A stretch of 64,000 bases of DNA. Origin: an uncultured Bacteroidales bacterium (lineage in GTDB: Bacteria > Bacteroidota > Bacteroidia > Bacteroidales > VadinHA17). The first letter of the stretch is position 1. Each line of letters begins with the position of its first letter. The position numbers and the translations under genes are program-made. Positions 38,259 through 47,385 of this stretch are shown one piece after another. The stretch spans positions 42,864-106,863 of the forward strand of contig CAVURA010000011.1 of the NCBI GenBank assembly GCA_963743775.1, given 5' to 3'. Under the pieces are notes generated by a model. The model saw only the letters and a list, made by a program, of their open reading frames with translations, ran no database searches and had not been told where the DNA came from.

Positions 38259-39085
38259 CTATTTAAAATAAGTGTAAACCCGTTCACTAATGATAGTTGT
38301 ACCCTTATCGGGGTCTTTACATACCACCTTCACCCAGTTGCCCATATCGTCATACTCGTATGTGAAAATGTTCGTACCGGATACGTTCTTGTCCTTGTCT
38401 AAAAATGTCGTTTCAGAAGTAAAGCCCCTGTCATTGTACTTTATATTTACACCACCAGCATAAGTACTGTCTTTCAAGTAACTTTCAGCGGCGGTAAGCA
38501 GTCCTTGTTCATTATAGATGTAATGACCCCCTCCTCTCACTTCTCCCTTAATACTAATTGATTGCATGATAGTAGTATCGTTAATATCTGATCCTTCAAA
38601 CTTCATTGTCTGGAGCAGAGTGTCGGCCAGAGCGTTATAGATTTCAAACAGCACAGGCTTCCCGACTTCATTACAAGTAATCTTGATGAATGTCCTGACC
38701 GTATCATCCTGTGTATATTCAGCTCTTGCAAGAATATTATTCTCTTTTGACAAGCCAAACTTGTAAAGCACTTTGTCATTTTCGTCATATTCAGAACAAG
38801 AAACAAGTCGCCGTCAATATCGAAACTAGCTTTATAGTCAGGGGTCCAGCCGAGACTGTCGAACTCATGCTTTTGTCACCTTGGCTCCTTTGATGTATGT
38901 GTCACCTTCGGGTACGGCCCAATAGCCTTTTTCGACTATCGATTTCAACCTTACCGTTCAGTTTCTCCATATAAGTTTTGATATGGTGTGAAGTATCCCA
39001 GCCTCGTGTAATCGGCCGGTTTCTTCTCTTTGCAGCTGGCAACTGCAAATACTGTTAACGCCAGAAGAAAAATCAGTTTTTTCAT
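38259..39085 (-). pseudogene. Lipoprotein with YD-like repeats, 5' third disrupted by about four frameshifts
   Basis: The ATG at 39085 gives MKKLIFLLALTVFAVASCKEKKPADY... (lipobox), which stops at 38951. The sense continues in other frames: EKLNGKVEI, then VEKGYWAVPEGDTYIKGAKVTK, then HEFDSLGWTPDYKASFDIDGDL, then SEYDENDKVLYKFGL..., which is the intact 38259..38771 ORF. The C-terminal part has repeats such as YEYDDMGNWVKV. Confidence 0.65.
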
Positions 39086-39291
39086 AGGTTTAGTTATTAG
39101 TAGTAATGAAAACAATTAATGGATGACGATTATTGATAAACGAAGTATCCAGGTTTAGAATTAAAAGCAATTTACGACGGGATTTGCTCATGTCAAGTAA
39201 TTATCTGAAAATCTTTACAATCGTGCGACCGTTCAATCCTGCGGTCCTGTTCACTATTGCCAATTGCCTACTGCCGAAATGCCTTTTTTTG

Positions 39292-39299
39292 TACATTTG
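39292..39299 (+). promoter_or_regulatory. Candidate -7 box (TACATTTG) upstream of prfB
   Basis: It matches TAnnTTTG and ends 17 nt before the prfB ATG at 39317. Confidence 0.3.
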
Positions 39300-39316
39300 C
39301 CGCAAACAGAACTGCC

Positions 39317-40409
39317 ATGATTAATAACGACCAGATAAAAGACATTACAGGACGCCGCGATGCGTTGAGGAGGTATCTTTGACATCGACGGCAAAATTCT
39401 GAATATAAAGGAGAAAGAGGAAATCACCAAAGACCCGGGCTTCTGGAACGATCCTAAAAAAGCAGAGACGCTGCTGAAAGAGATCTCCTCCGTGAAGAGC
39501 TGGACAAACGCTTTTGATAAGGTAAATATATCTGTCGAGGACCTGCTGGTACTTCTCGATTTCTTTAAGGAGGGCGAGGTCACCGAGGAGGAGATAACCG
39601 TCCAGTATGATAAGACTCTGACCGAGGTTGAGAAACTTGAGCTTCGTAATATGCTCAGACGTGAGGAGGATCAGCTGGGAGCCGTCCTGAAGATCAACGC
39701 CGGCGCAGGCGGCACGGAGAGCAACGACTGGGCACAGATGCTCATGCGTATGTACCTGATGTGGGGGGAACGAAACGGATACAAAATCACTGAGGCCTAC
39801 TACCAGGCCGGCGATGAGGCAGGCATAAAAACAGTGACCCTCGAGTTTGAAGGGGAGAATGCCTACGGCTATCTAAAGAGCGAGAATGGTGTCCACCGCC
39901 TGGTGCGCATATCGCCGTTCAATTCACAGGGTAAACGACAGACAACATTTGCTTCAGTATTCGTTGCCCCGCTTGTAGACGATGACATCAATATAGAGAT
40001 CAATCCCAATGACATCACCTGGGAGACGTTCCGCTCCTCCGGCGCCGGCGGACAGAATGTCAACAAGGTGGAGACGGCAGTGCGACTGCGCCATGCCCCG
40101 ACAGGCATCGTCATCGAGAACCAGGAGACACGTTCGCAGGGACAAAACAAGGAGAATGCCCTGCGCCTTCTCAGATCAAGCCTCTATGAGATGGAGCTGA
40201 GAAAGAGACAGGAAGAACAGGCTAAGATAGAAGGATCAAAGAAAAAGATCGAATGGGGATCGCAGATCCGCTCCTATACCCTTCAGCCTTATAAGCTGGT
40301 GAAAGACCTGCGGACAGGCTATGAGGCCGGAAACACACAGGCTGTCCTTGACGGTTACATAGATGAGTTTATTAAGTCCTACCTTATGGAATTCGGAGGC
40401 AGCCAGTAA
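39317..40409 (+). CDS. prfB: Peptide chain release factor 2, join(39317..39379,39381..40409) via programmed +1 frameshift
   Basis: Frame 1 reads [21 protein letters not shown] and then TGA at 39380..39382. Shifting +1 at CTT-TGA-C continues in the frame of ORF 39492..40409. RF2 hallmarks are present: SPF (RISPFNSQG) and GGQ ([15 protein letters not shown]). Confidence 0.9.
39368..39383 (+). promoter_or_regulatory. prfB autoregulatory +1 frameshift site (SD-like AGGAGG + CTT TGA C)
   Basis: The sequence is AGGAGG-tat-CTT-TGA-C. AGGAGG lies at 39368..39373, the slippery CTT at 39377..39379 and the in-frame TGA at 39380..39382. This is the same layout as the E. coli prfB recoding site. Confidence 0.85.
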
Positions 40410-40482
40410 GACCATATGACAAAAGACATGGTTTAAGAGGCTGATGATCCGTTAATTTGCAGATGCACCAGTAGTTCACTTA

Positions 40483-42348
40483 ATGACACAGAGAGAGAAA
40501 CTGTTTGAAAAATTTCCGCCCGTCTCCACGGAAAAGTGGATGGAGAAGATCACTGCGGATCTGAAGGGTGCCGATTTCAGGAAGAAACTGGTATGGAAAA
40601 CCCGCGACGGCCTTGCAGTGATGCCTTTTTACAGGCAGGAAGATACTTCTAAACTGCAGCTTAAGGAATCCCTCCCTGGCGATTATCCTTATGTTAGAGG
40701 AACACGTGTGGCTGATAACTCCTGGCTCGTAAGACAGGATATCACAGTTAAGGATTACAGTGAAGCCAACCTGAAGGCATTGGAAATACTGATGAAGGGA
40801 GTCACCTCACTGGGATTCATTATTGACAATCCTGAAACCATAAATGCAGCTAATATCACGCTGCTGCTCAATGGCATACATTGTGATAATGTTGAGCTTA
40901 ATTTTACCTCGGCAGGCAAGGCCAAAGAGCTGCTGGCATGCCTTCAGTCGGCTATGTGGACCTCGGGAACTGACTTGAAACGGGTGCGTGCAGGCATCGC
41001 CGCTGATCCGCTTGGAAGGCTGATTGTCAACGGCAAACTATGTGTCCCGGTCAAAGACGGTCTTGAGTACCTTGCCGGCCTCGCCAGAGAATCTGTCAGC
41101 ATACCCGGACTGAGATGCGTTCACCCGTCTGGTACGGTCTTCAGCAACGCCGGCGCAGGACCTGTCGCCGAACTGGCACTGACCCTGTCGCTCGGTAACG
41201 AATACATGGCTTACCTCACAGCACAGGGCATAAAACCTGATATTGCGGCCTCACAAATAAAATTCACCTTCGGCATCGGACCGGACTTTTTCCCGGAGAT
41301 AGCCAAACTGCGCGCTGCAAGGATGTTATGGGCTATCATAGTAAAAGGATACGGTCCACGGTCGGAAGAGAGTGCGGTGATGAATATCCATGCCGTCACA
41401 GGGAGATGGAACAAGACATTGTACGACCCTTATGTCAACATGCTGCGCACACAGACTGAGGCGATGTCAGCTGCCCTGGGCGGCGCCGACTCAATCACTG
41501 TAGAGCCCTTTGATGTAATATTCAGGGATCCTGATAATTTCTCTGAAAGGATAGCACGGAACCAGCAGCTGCTGCTGATGGAAGAGTCGCACCTTGACAA
41601 GGTGGCAGATCCGGGTGCAGGGTCATATTATATCGAAGAGCTGACAGCAATGATTGCCCGGGAAGCCTGGTCGCTCTTCCTGGAGACCGAAAACGAGGGC
41701 GGCTTCCTCGCAGCAATGCAGAAAGGGATTATACAGGATAAAATTAACACTGCCGCCTCGGCTCGCAAAAGCGATGTCGGCAAGCGCCGCGAGACCCTTC
41801 TCGGTACAAACCAGTATCCCAACTTCAGAGAGCTGAATGCTCCTGAGGCTGATGCAGGAAGACTCTTCAGCAATACTAACCCTTCTGAGGATGATCAGGT
41901 CAAACGTCTCATCCCTTCCAGGGGAGCAGAAGAGTTTGAAAAACTCAGGCTGGCTACGGAACATGCAACAAGGAGGCCGCTTGCCTTCATGCTTACAATC
42001 GGTAACCCGGCGATGCGCAGGGCAAGGGCACAGTTCTCGTCCAACTTTTTTGCATGTGCGGGATACCAGGTAAAAGACAATAACGGATTTGATACCGCCG
42101 CCGAAGGGGTAAAGACTGCACTGGAAGCAAAAGCCGATATCATTGTCATATGCAGTTCAGATGATGAATATGCCACTGTGGCTCCCGATATATTAACTCT
42201 CACAAAGCAGCAGGCTGTTGTCGTGGTTGCGGGAACGCCGCCGTGCATGGATGAGCTTAAAGCTAAAGGATTGGAACACTTCATCAGCGTTAGGTCTGAC
42301 GTTCTTGAGACCCTTCAGATGTTTAACAGGATACTGGGAATAAACTGA
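40483..42348 (+). CDS. mutA: Methylmalonyl-CoA mutase small (beta) subunit
   Basis: 621 aa and colinear with MCM (ARMLWA, RTQTEAMSAALGG, RIARNQQLLL), but the C-terminal domain lacks the DxHxxG cobalamin-binding motif. It lies directly upstream of the large subunit. Confidence 0.8.
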   Translation: MTQREKLFEKFPPVSTEKWMEKITADLKGADFRKKLVWKTRDGLAVMPFYRQEDTSKLQLKESLPGDYPYVRGTRVADNSWLVRQDITVKDYSEANLKALEILMKGVTSLGFIIDNPETINAANITLLLNGIHCDNVELNFTSAGKAKELLACLQSAMWTSGTDLKRVRAGIAADPLGRLIVNGKLCVPVKDGLEYLAGLARESVSIPGLRCVHPSGTVFSNAGAGPVAELALTLSLGNEYMAYLTAQGIKPDIAASQIKFTFGIGPDFFPEIAKLRAARMLWAIIVKGYGPRSEESAVMNIHAVTGRWNKTLYDPYVNMLRTQTEAMSAALGGADSITVEPFDVIFRDPDNFSERIARNQQLLLMEESHLDKVADPGAGSYYIEELTAMIAREAWSLFLETENEGGFLAAMQKGIIQDKINTAASARKSDVGKRRETLLGTNQYPNFRELNAPEADAGRLFSNTNPSEDDQVKRLIPSRGAEEFEKLRLATEHATRRPLAFMLTIGNPAMRRARAQFSSNFFACAGYQVKDNNGFDTAAEGVKTALEAKADIIVICSSDDEYATVAPDILTLTKQQAVVVVAGTPPCMDELKAKGLEHFISVRSDVLETLQMFNRILGIN

Positions 42349-42354
42349 TCGGAG

Positions 42355-44511
42355 ATGAGCAAAAGACCAAAATATTCGCAGCATGACCTTGACAGGGTGA
42401 CATCGCCCTCGAAGAACATTCAGAAGTGGGAGAAGGAGAACGGTGTCTTTCCGGTTTGGGAGACACCTGAGCGTATCCGTGTAAAGAGTGTATATACACA
42501 GGAGGATCTGCACGGCATGGAGCATCTCGGTTATGCTGCCGGATTGCCGCCGTATCTCCGGGGACCGTATTCAGCAATGTATGCTATGATGCCATGGACC
42601 GTCAGGCAATACGCCGGGTTCTCAACGGCCGAGGAGTCCAACGCATTCTATCGCAGGAACATCGCGGCAGGCCAGAAAGGCCTGTCGGTGGCTTTTGACC
42701 TCGCTACACACCGTGGTTATGACTCTGATCATGAGCGCGTTGTAGGAGATGTCGGAAAGGCCGGGGTGGCCGTGGACTCCGTTCTTGATATGAAGGTGCT
42801 CTTTGACCAGATACCCCTCAACGAGATGTCTGTCTCGATGACAATGAACGGCGCAGTGCTGCCTGTGATGGCATTCTTTATCGTCGCAGGACTGGAGCAG
42901 GGGGTGAAGCTCGAAGAACTGCAGGGTACTATTCAGAATGACATCCTGAAGGAGTTCATGGTACGCAATACATACATCTATCCCCCTGCCTTCTCGATGC
43001 GGATCATTGCCGACATCTTCAGATACACATCCGCGAAGATGCCTAAGTTCAATTCCATCTCCATCTCGGGATATCACATGCAGGAGGCAGGTGCCACGGC
43101 TGACATAGAGCTGGCATACACTCTCGCCGACGGGCTCGAGTACCTGCGCACCGGCGTGAATGCCGGGCTGAACATTGACGATTTTGCCCCGCGCCTTTCT
43201 TTCTTCTGGGCCTGCGGATTGAATTTCTTCATGGAGATAGCCAAGATGAGGGCTGCGCGCATGCTCTGGGCAAAGATTGTCAGCGAGTTCAACCCGAAGA
43301 ACCCCAAATCGCTTGCTCTCCGCACACACACACAGACATCGGGTTGGAGCCTCACGGAGCAGGACCCATTCAACAATGTGGGCCGTACATGCATAGAGGC
43401 TATGGCAGCAGCCATGGGTCACACACAGAGCCTGCATACCAATGCCCTTGATGAGGCAATAGCCCTGCCCACTGATTTTTCGGCACGTATAGCACGCAAC
43501 ACACAGATATATCTGCAGGAAGAGACAAATATCTGCAGGGCTGTCGACCCATGGGCAGGGTCTTACTATGTGGAAACACTCACTGATGAGCTTGCGCACA
43601 AGGCGTGGGAGCTTATTAAGGAAGTCGAGAGCCTGGGAGGCATGGCTAAAGCCATTGAGTCAGGCATACCCAAGATGAGGATCGAGGAGGCTGCTGCCAG
43701 ATCGCAGGCCAAAATTGACTCGGGAGCACAGACTATCGTCGGCATAAACAAATACCGCCTCGAGAAAGAGGATCCGCTCGAGATACTTGAAGTGGATAAC
43801 ACCGCTGTACGTGACGCGCAGCTGAAAAGACTTGCACAGGTCAAAGCTTCGCGTAATGAGGAAGAGTGCCGGAAATCGCTGGATGCCATAACCAAGGCTG
43901 CCGAAACGGGCGAGGGCAACCTCCTTGAACTGGCTGTTGATGCGGCATCAAAGAGAGCCACACTCGGAGAGATATCGTATGCATGTGAAAAAATAGCAGG
44001 GAGATATAAAGCTGTGATAAGAACAATATCAGGGGTCTATTCGTCAGAATATAAGTCTGACTCTGACTTTGCGGAAGCAAAAGCCATGTGTGCCGAATTT
44101 GCCTCTAAAGCAGGCAGACAGCCACGGATAATGATCGCCAAGATGGGACAGGACGGACATGACCGCGGTGCCAAGGTGATATCGACAGGGTATGCCGACA
44201 TAGGATTTGATGTTGACATCGGGCCGCTGTTCCAGACACCGGCGGAGGCCGCACGGCAGGCTGTCGAGAATGACGTGCACCTGCTGGGTGTATCAAGCCT
44301 GGCGGCAGGACATAAGACGCTGATCCCGCAGGTGATAAGCGAGCTGAAGAAACTGGGACGCGAAGACATCCTTATCATTGCAGGCGGGGTCATTCCTGCA
44401 CAGGATTATCAGTTCCTTTACGATGCCGGTGTGGCTGCCATCTTTGGCCCCGGAACATCGGTGGCAAAGACTGCCAAACAGATCCTTTCAATATTAATTC
44501 AGACCTTATGA
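42355..44511 (+). CDS. mutB: Methylmalonyl-CoA mutase large (alpha) subunit, B12-dependent
   Basis: Motifs are [39 protein letters not shown] and RIARNTQ. The C-terminal B12-binding motif is DxHxxG ([11 protein letters not shown]). Confidence 0.9.
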   Translation: MSKRPKYSQHDLDRVTSPSKNIQKWEKENGVFPVWETPERIRVKSVYTQEDLHGMEHLGYAAGLPPYLRGPYSAMYAMMPWTVRQYAGFSTAEESNAFYRRNIAAGQKGLSVAFDLATHRGYDSDHERVVGDVGKAGVAVDSVLDMKVLFDQIPLNEMSVSMTMNGAVLPVMAFFIVAGLEQGVKLEELQGTIQNDILKEFMVRNTYIYPPAFSMRIIADIFRYTSAKMPKFNSISISGYHMQEAGATADIELAYTLADGLEYLRTGVNAGLNIDDFAPRLSFFWACGLNFFMEIAKMRAARMLWAKIVSEFNPKNPKSLALRTHTQTSGWSLTEQDPFNNVGRTCIEAMAAAMGHTQSLHTNALDEAIALPTDFSARIARNTQIYLQEETNICRAVDPWAGSYYVETLTDELAHKAWELIKEVESLGGMAKAIESGIPKMRIEEAAARSQAKIDSGAQTIVGINKYRLEKEDPLEILEVDNTAVRDAQLKRLAQVKASRNEEECRKSLDAITKAAETGEGNLLELAVDAASKRATLGEISYACEKIAGRYKAVIRTISGVYSSEYKSDSDFAEAKAMCAEFASKAGRQPRIMIAKMGQDGHDRGAKVISTGYADIGFDVDIGPLFQTPAEAARQAVENDVHLLGVSSLAAGHKTLIPQVISELKKLGREDILIIAGGVIPAQDYQFLYDAGVAAIFGPGTSVAKTAKQILSILIQTL

Positions 44512-45089
44512 AAAAATATCTCACCCTCATATTGATGATCGTCCTGATCGCCCTGGCCACGACCGGTTGCCGGTCCTCAAAGACTGCCGGCACTCAGAAT
44601 ACACCTCCACCTCCACCTCCGGCAGCGACTGAAGAGATGAACGAGCATGTCTGGGACTTCCGTGATGCCACCACCTGGATCCTCGGGGATTTCAGTCTGT
44701 CAAGGCTCCTTGACCCGCCTCATTCAACATGGTACCTGGAGGGGTTTAAGAATTATGTTCCTGACCAGGCAATTATGGACGAGCTGAGGCAGACGGATAT
44801 CACTGATTATTCAATCACCATCGTACTTGGAACATGGTGTCCCGACAGCAGGAGGGAAGTGCCGAGGTTCATGAAGATAGCAGATCTGTGGGGTTTCCCC
44901 GAAGAAAAAATAAGGTTCCTTGGCGTGGATATAAATAAAATAGCTCCTCTGGAAGATTTCCCGGCTCTGGGAATAGAAAGAGTACCTACCTTTATTTTTT
45001 ATAAAAATAATTCAGAAGCCGGACGCATCATTGAAGTTCCAGTAACGTCTTTAGAACAGGATACAAGAGATATCCTCAAAAGGAAATAA
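44508..45089 (+). CDS. Thioredoxin-fold lipoprotein (single-Cys WCPDS motif)
   Basis: The lipobox is LATTGC, followed by a proline-rich linker. The thioredoxin-like segment reads [19 protein letters not shown]...VPTFIFYK. The start overlaps the mutB stop (ATGA at 44508..44511). Confidence 0.55.
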   Translation: MKKYLTLILMIVLIALATTGCRSSKTAGTQNTPPPPPPAATEEMNEHVWDFRDATTWILGDFSLSRLLDPPHSTWYLEGFKNYVPDQAIMDELRQTDITDYSITIVLGTWCPDSRREVPRFMKIADLWGFPEEKIRFLGVDINKIAPLEDFPALGIERVPTFIFYKNNSEAGRIIEVPVTSLEQDTRDILKRK

Positions 45090-45110
45090 GAAAACTTAAT
45101 ACTTGAACCA

Positions 45111-45605
45111 ATGGAAGAAGAAAAGAAAAATCAGCAATCCGGCGTGGGTGTGGCGGCGCTCGTGACAGGCATAATAGCATTCCTGATGGCAGTGGTGCCA
45201 TGTGTCGGCATAGTGGCAATCATTCCGGCCGTCATAGCCATTGTTCTGGCAATTGTAGGACTCTCAAGGCCTAACAACACCCAGGGCATTCTTGTCGGAG
45301 GACTTGTCATCGGCATCATTGCCCTTATGATCTCGGTATCGCAGAGTTTTATAATCGGGAAAATTGCAGATAAGACAAAGTCGGGGGACTGGGCCAATGA
45401 AATTGAAAAAGTGGTGAAGGACGTCACCAAAGACATTGAGACTGAGTTTGGCGACGAGGAAGTGATCATCCATGTCAATGACGGAAATGATTCTGTTGAA
45501 ATCAAAGCGTCTGTCAAGAAAAACAATCTTGAAAACAAGCTTGATGAGCTTGAAGGCGCAGAAGACACTGTCAAAACCGTACCTGCAGGGGAAAGCAACA
45601 AATAA
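45111..45605 (+). CDS. DUF4190-like small membrane protein
   Basis: Two hydrophobic helices have the DUF4190 pattern (GVGVAALVTGIIAFLMAVVPCVGIVAIIPAVIAIVLAIVGL). The C-terminal tail is acidic. Confidence 0.55.
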   Translation: MEEEKKNQQSGVGVAALVTGIIAFLMAVVPCVGIVAIIPAVIAIVLAIVGLSRPNNTQGILVGGLVIGIIALMISVSQSFIIGKIADKTKSGDWANEIEKVVKDVTKDIETEFGDEEVIIHVNDGNDSVEIKASVKKNNLENKLDELEGAEDTVKTVPAGESNK

Positions 45606-45607
45606 AA

Positions 45608-46027
45608 GTGAACCGCACGGCTGACCAGCGGGCATATTTTGCTGTAAATATTATACTTGCCGGAGTGATCCTGTTAATAATGGGTTACTCCGGTTTTTAT
45701 TCCCCTGATGAGAATGAATATCCTGTTGTCTGCATTCATGAGAAGCTTACCGGGGAACAGTGTCCGTCATGCGGATTGTCGCATGCTTTTTCGCTGATCG
45801 TACGGGGGAGGATCGATGAAGCCCTTCTGTTGAACAGCGCCTCCGTGAGGGTCTTTCTCTTCTTCGCCCTGCAGCTCTTTATGCGGGTCGGTATTGGAGC
45901 AAGGAACCTGCTTACCGGTCGATGGCTGAAGCAGATAGCACGGGCCGATGCCCTGGTATCATCAGTAATGGCTCTGTATGCGTTTTACCCTTTTCTCAGG
46001 GCATTGTGGACTGGCTTATTCCGGTAA
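45608..46027 (+). CDS. DUF2752-like membrane protein
   Basis: GTG start 3 nt after the previous stop. The CPSCGLSHAF motif follows the first TM helix, which is typical of DUF2752. Confidence 0.55.
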   Translation: MNRTADQRAYFAVNIILAGVILLIMGYSGFYSPDENEYPVVCIHEKLTGEQCPSCGLSHAFSLIVRGRIDEALLLNSASVRVFLFFALQLFMRVGIGARNLLTGRWLKQIARADALVSSVMALYAFYPFLRALWTGLFR

Positions 46028-46501
46028 TCAGTCGTTGAACAACGAGTTAATTTCAGCATAGACAAGGTGGCTTTCAAAACCTTTTCCAAGGGCATGCCTC
46101 AGGATCTTGCCCTTGAGGTCATACCTGTTCTTTGCCTTTATCCTTTTCTTCTGATCATCAATAATCTTTCTCAGGAGCGCAAGATATTCCTCCTCGTCTA
46201 TTGCTTCAAGTCCTGATGCAATAGCTTCAGCCGGTATATTCTTGCTCTTAAGACCCTGGGTGATCTTCACCCTGCCCCACTGGCTGTAGGTGAAGTGATC
46301 GCGTGCAAAAGCCCTGCAGTAACGGATCTCATCAATGAACTTATCTCCGATGAGCTTATCAATGATGGCCGATCTGGTTTTCTCATCCCTGGCTCCCCAC
46401 CTGTCGAGGAGCGACATAATGTCGCTTATGCAGTACTCCCTCCCGGAACATACTTTCTGAGCCCTGTGCAGGAGCTCGTCCTGCTCTTCTTTTTCACCCA
46501 T
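46028..46501 (-). CDS. recX: RecX-family regulatory protein
   Basis: The pattern shows three helical repeats (CSGREYCISDIMSLLDRWG..., IDKLIGDKFIDEIRYCRAFARDHF, GRVKITQGLKSKNIP). I moved the start to the internal ATG at 46501 (MGEKEEQ), which overlaps the prmC end by 8 nt. Confidence 0.65.
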   Translation of the reverse strand: MGEKEEQDELLHRAQKVCSGREYCISDIMSLLDRWGARDEKTRSAIIDKLIGDKFIDEIRYCRAFARDHFTYSQWGRVKITQGLKSKNIPAEAIASGLEAIDEEEYLALLRKIIDDQKKRIKAKNRYDLKGKILRHALGKGFESHLVYAEINSLFND

Positions 46502-47360
46502 TTTTTTCAGCTTTGACAAATCGTTTCTTTCCTCTGATATCTTCGATGACCCTGACATCCCTGTAGATATTCTGACTAAGGAGCCGGGCCGTTTTATCAG
46601 CAAAGGATTCATTTACTTCCAGCCATAAACAGCCGAGGGGTGCCAGTGCAGCATCAGAAACAGCTATTATATGACGGTAGAATAAGAGCGGATCGGCATC
46701 AGGGACAAAGAGAGCCTCATGCGGTTCATAGTCGAGCACGTTGATATGCATTTCCTTTTTCTCGCTCTCTGTCACATAAGGAGGATTGCTCACGATGATA
46801 TTGCTAACAGGGATTGAGGAAGGTTCCCGGGTAAGGATATCGGCCTTCGAAAGGTGCACGTTAGCGCCCGTGGAAGAGATATTATTTGCTGCGACCTGCA
46901 GTGCCTTTTCAGAATTATCCGTAGCAATCACTGTTGCATCCGGGAATGCCAGGGACAATGCTATTGCAATACAAGCCGATCCCGTGCAGAGATCGGCAGC
47001 TGTTCCGGTGAAACCGGCATTTTCCCTGATGATAAGCGAAACCATCTCTTCCGTCTCCGGCCTTGGAATGAGCACCCCGGGCTCCACTCCGATGCGGTGA
47101 CCGCAGAAGAAGGTATAACCGAAGATATACTGCAGAGGCTCTCCCGCCGAAGCCCTGCGCACTGCTGCAATAATACGGTCAGTGGCATCAGGGCCGGCTG
47201 TCCTCTCTCCGAAGGCCAGCTGCCGGGCATTGTCCGTGCCGGTGTATTCCTTTATTATGGCCATCGCCATTGCATCAGCTTCCTTCTCCGGCCACATTCG
47301 TCTCAGCATCCCGGAGACATAATGACGTATTTCGCTTATTGTTTGTAAATTTCCGGCCAT
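46494..47360 (-). CDS. prmC: Release-factor glutamine N5-methyltransferase
   Basis: The HemK/PrmC pattern is present: PLQYIFGYTFFCGHRIGVEPGVLIPRPETE, the SAM motif DLCTGSACIAI, and the catalytic IVSNPPYV. Confidence 0.85.
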   Translation of the reverse strand: MAGNLQTISEIRHYVSGMLRRMWPEKEADAMAMAIIKEYTGTDNARQLAFGERTAGPDATDRIIAAVRRASAGEPLQYIFGYTFFCGHRIGVEPGVLIPRPETEEMVSLIIRENAGFTGTAADLCTGSACIAIALSLAFPDATVIATDNSEKALQVAANNISSTGANVHLSKADILTREPSSIPVSNIIVSNPPYVTESEKKEMHINVLDYEPHEALFVPDADPLLFYRHIIAVSDAALAPLGCLWLEVNESFADKTARLLSQNIYRDVRVIEDIRGKKRFVKAEKNG

Positions 47361-47385
47361 GATTCAAAGATAGAAAATTGCACTT

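Noticed and set aside
40410-40482. Cobalamin riboswitch ahead of mutA; FMN riboswitch ahead of ribD (47361..47385)
   Set aside because: The leaders are only 73 nt and 25 nt, too short for either aptamer. I saw no conserved B12-box or FMN core sequence.
42622-43599. 325-aa ORF antisense to mutB (also 43074..43415, 43566..43961, 44037..44393 on the minus strand)
   Set aside because: The plus strand carries unmistakable methylmalonyl-CoA mutase motifs across this whole span. The antisense translations are Cys/His/Arg-rich with no recognisable motif, which is typical of shadow ORFs.
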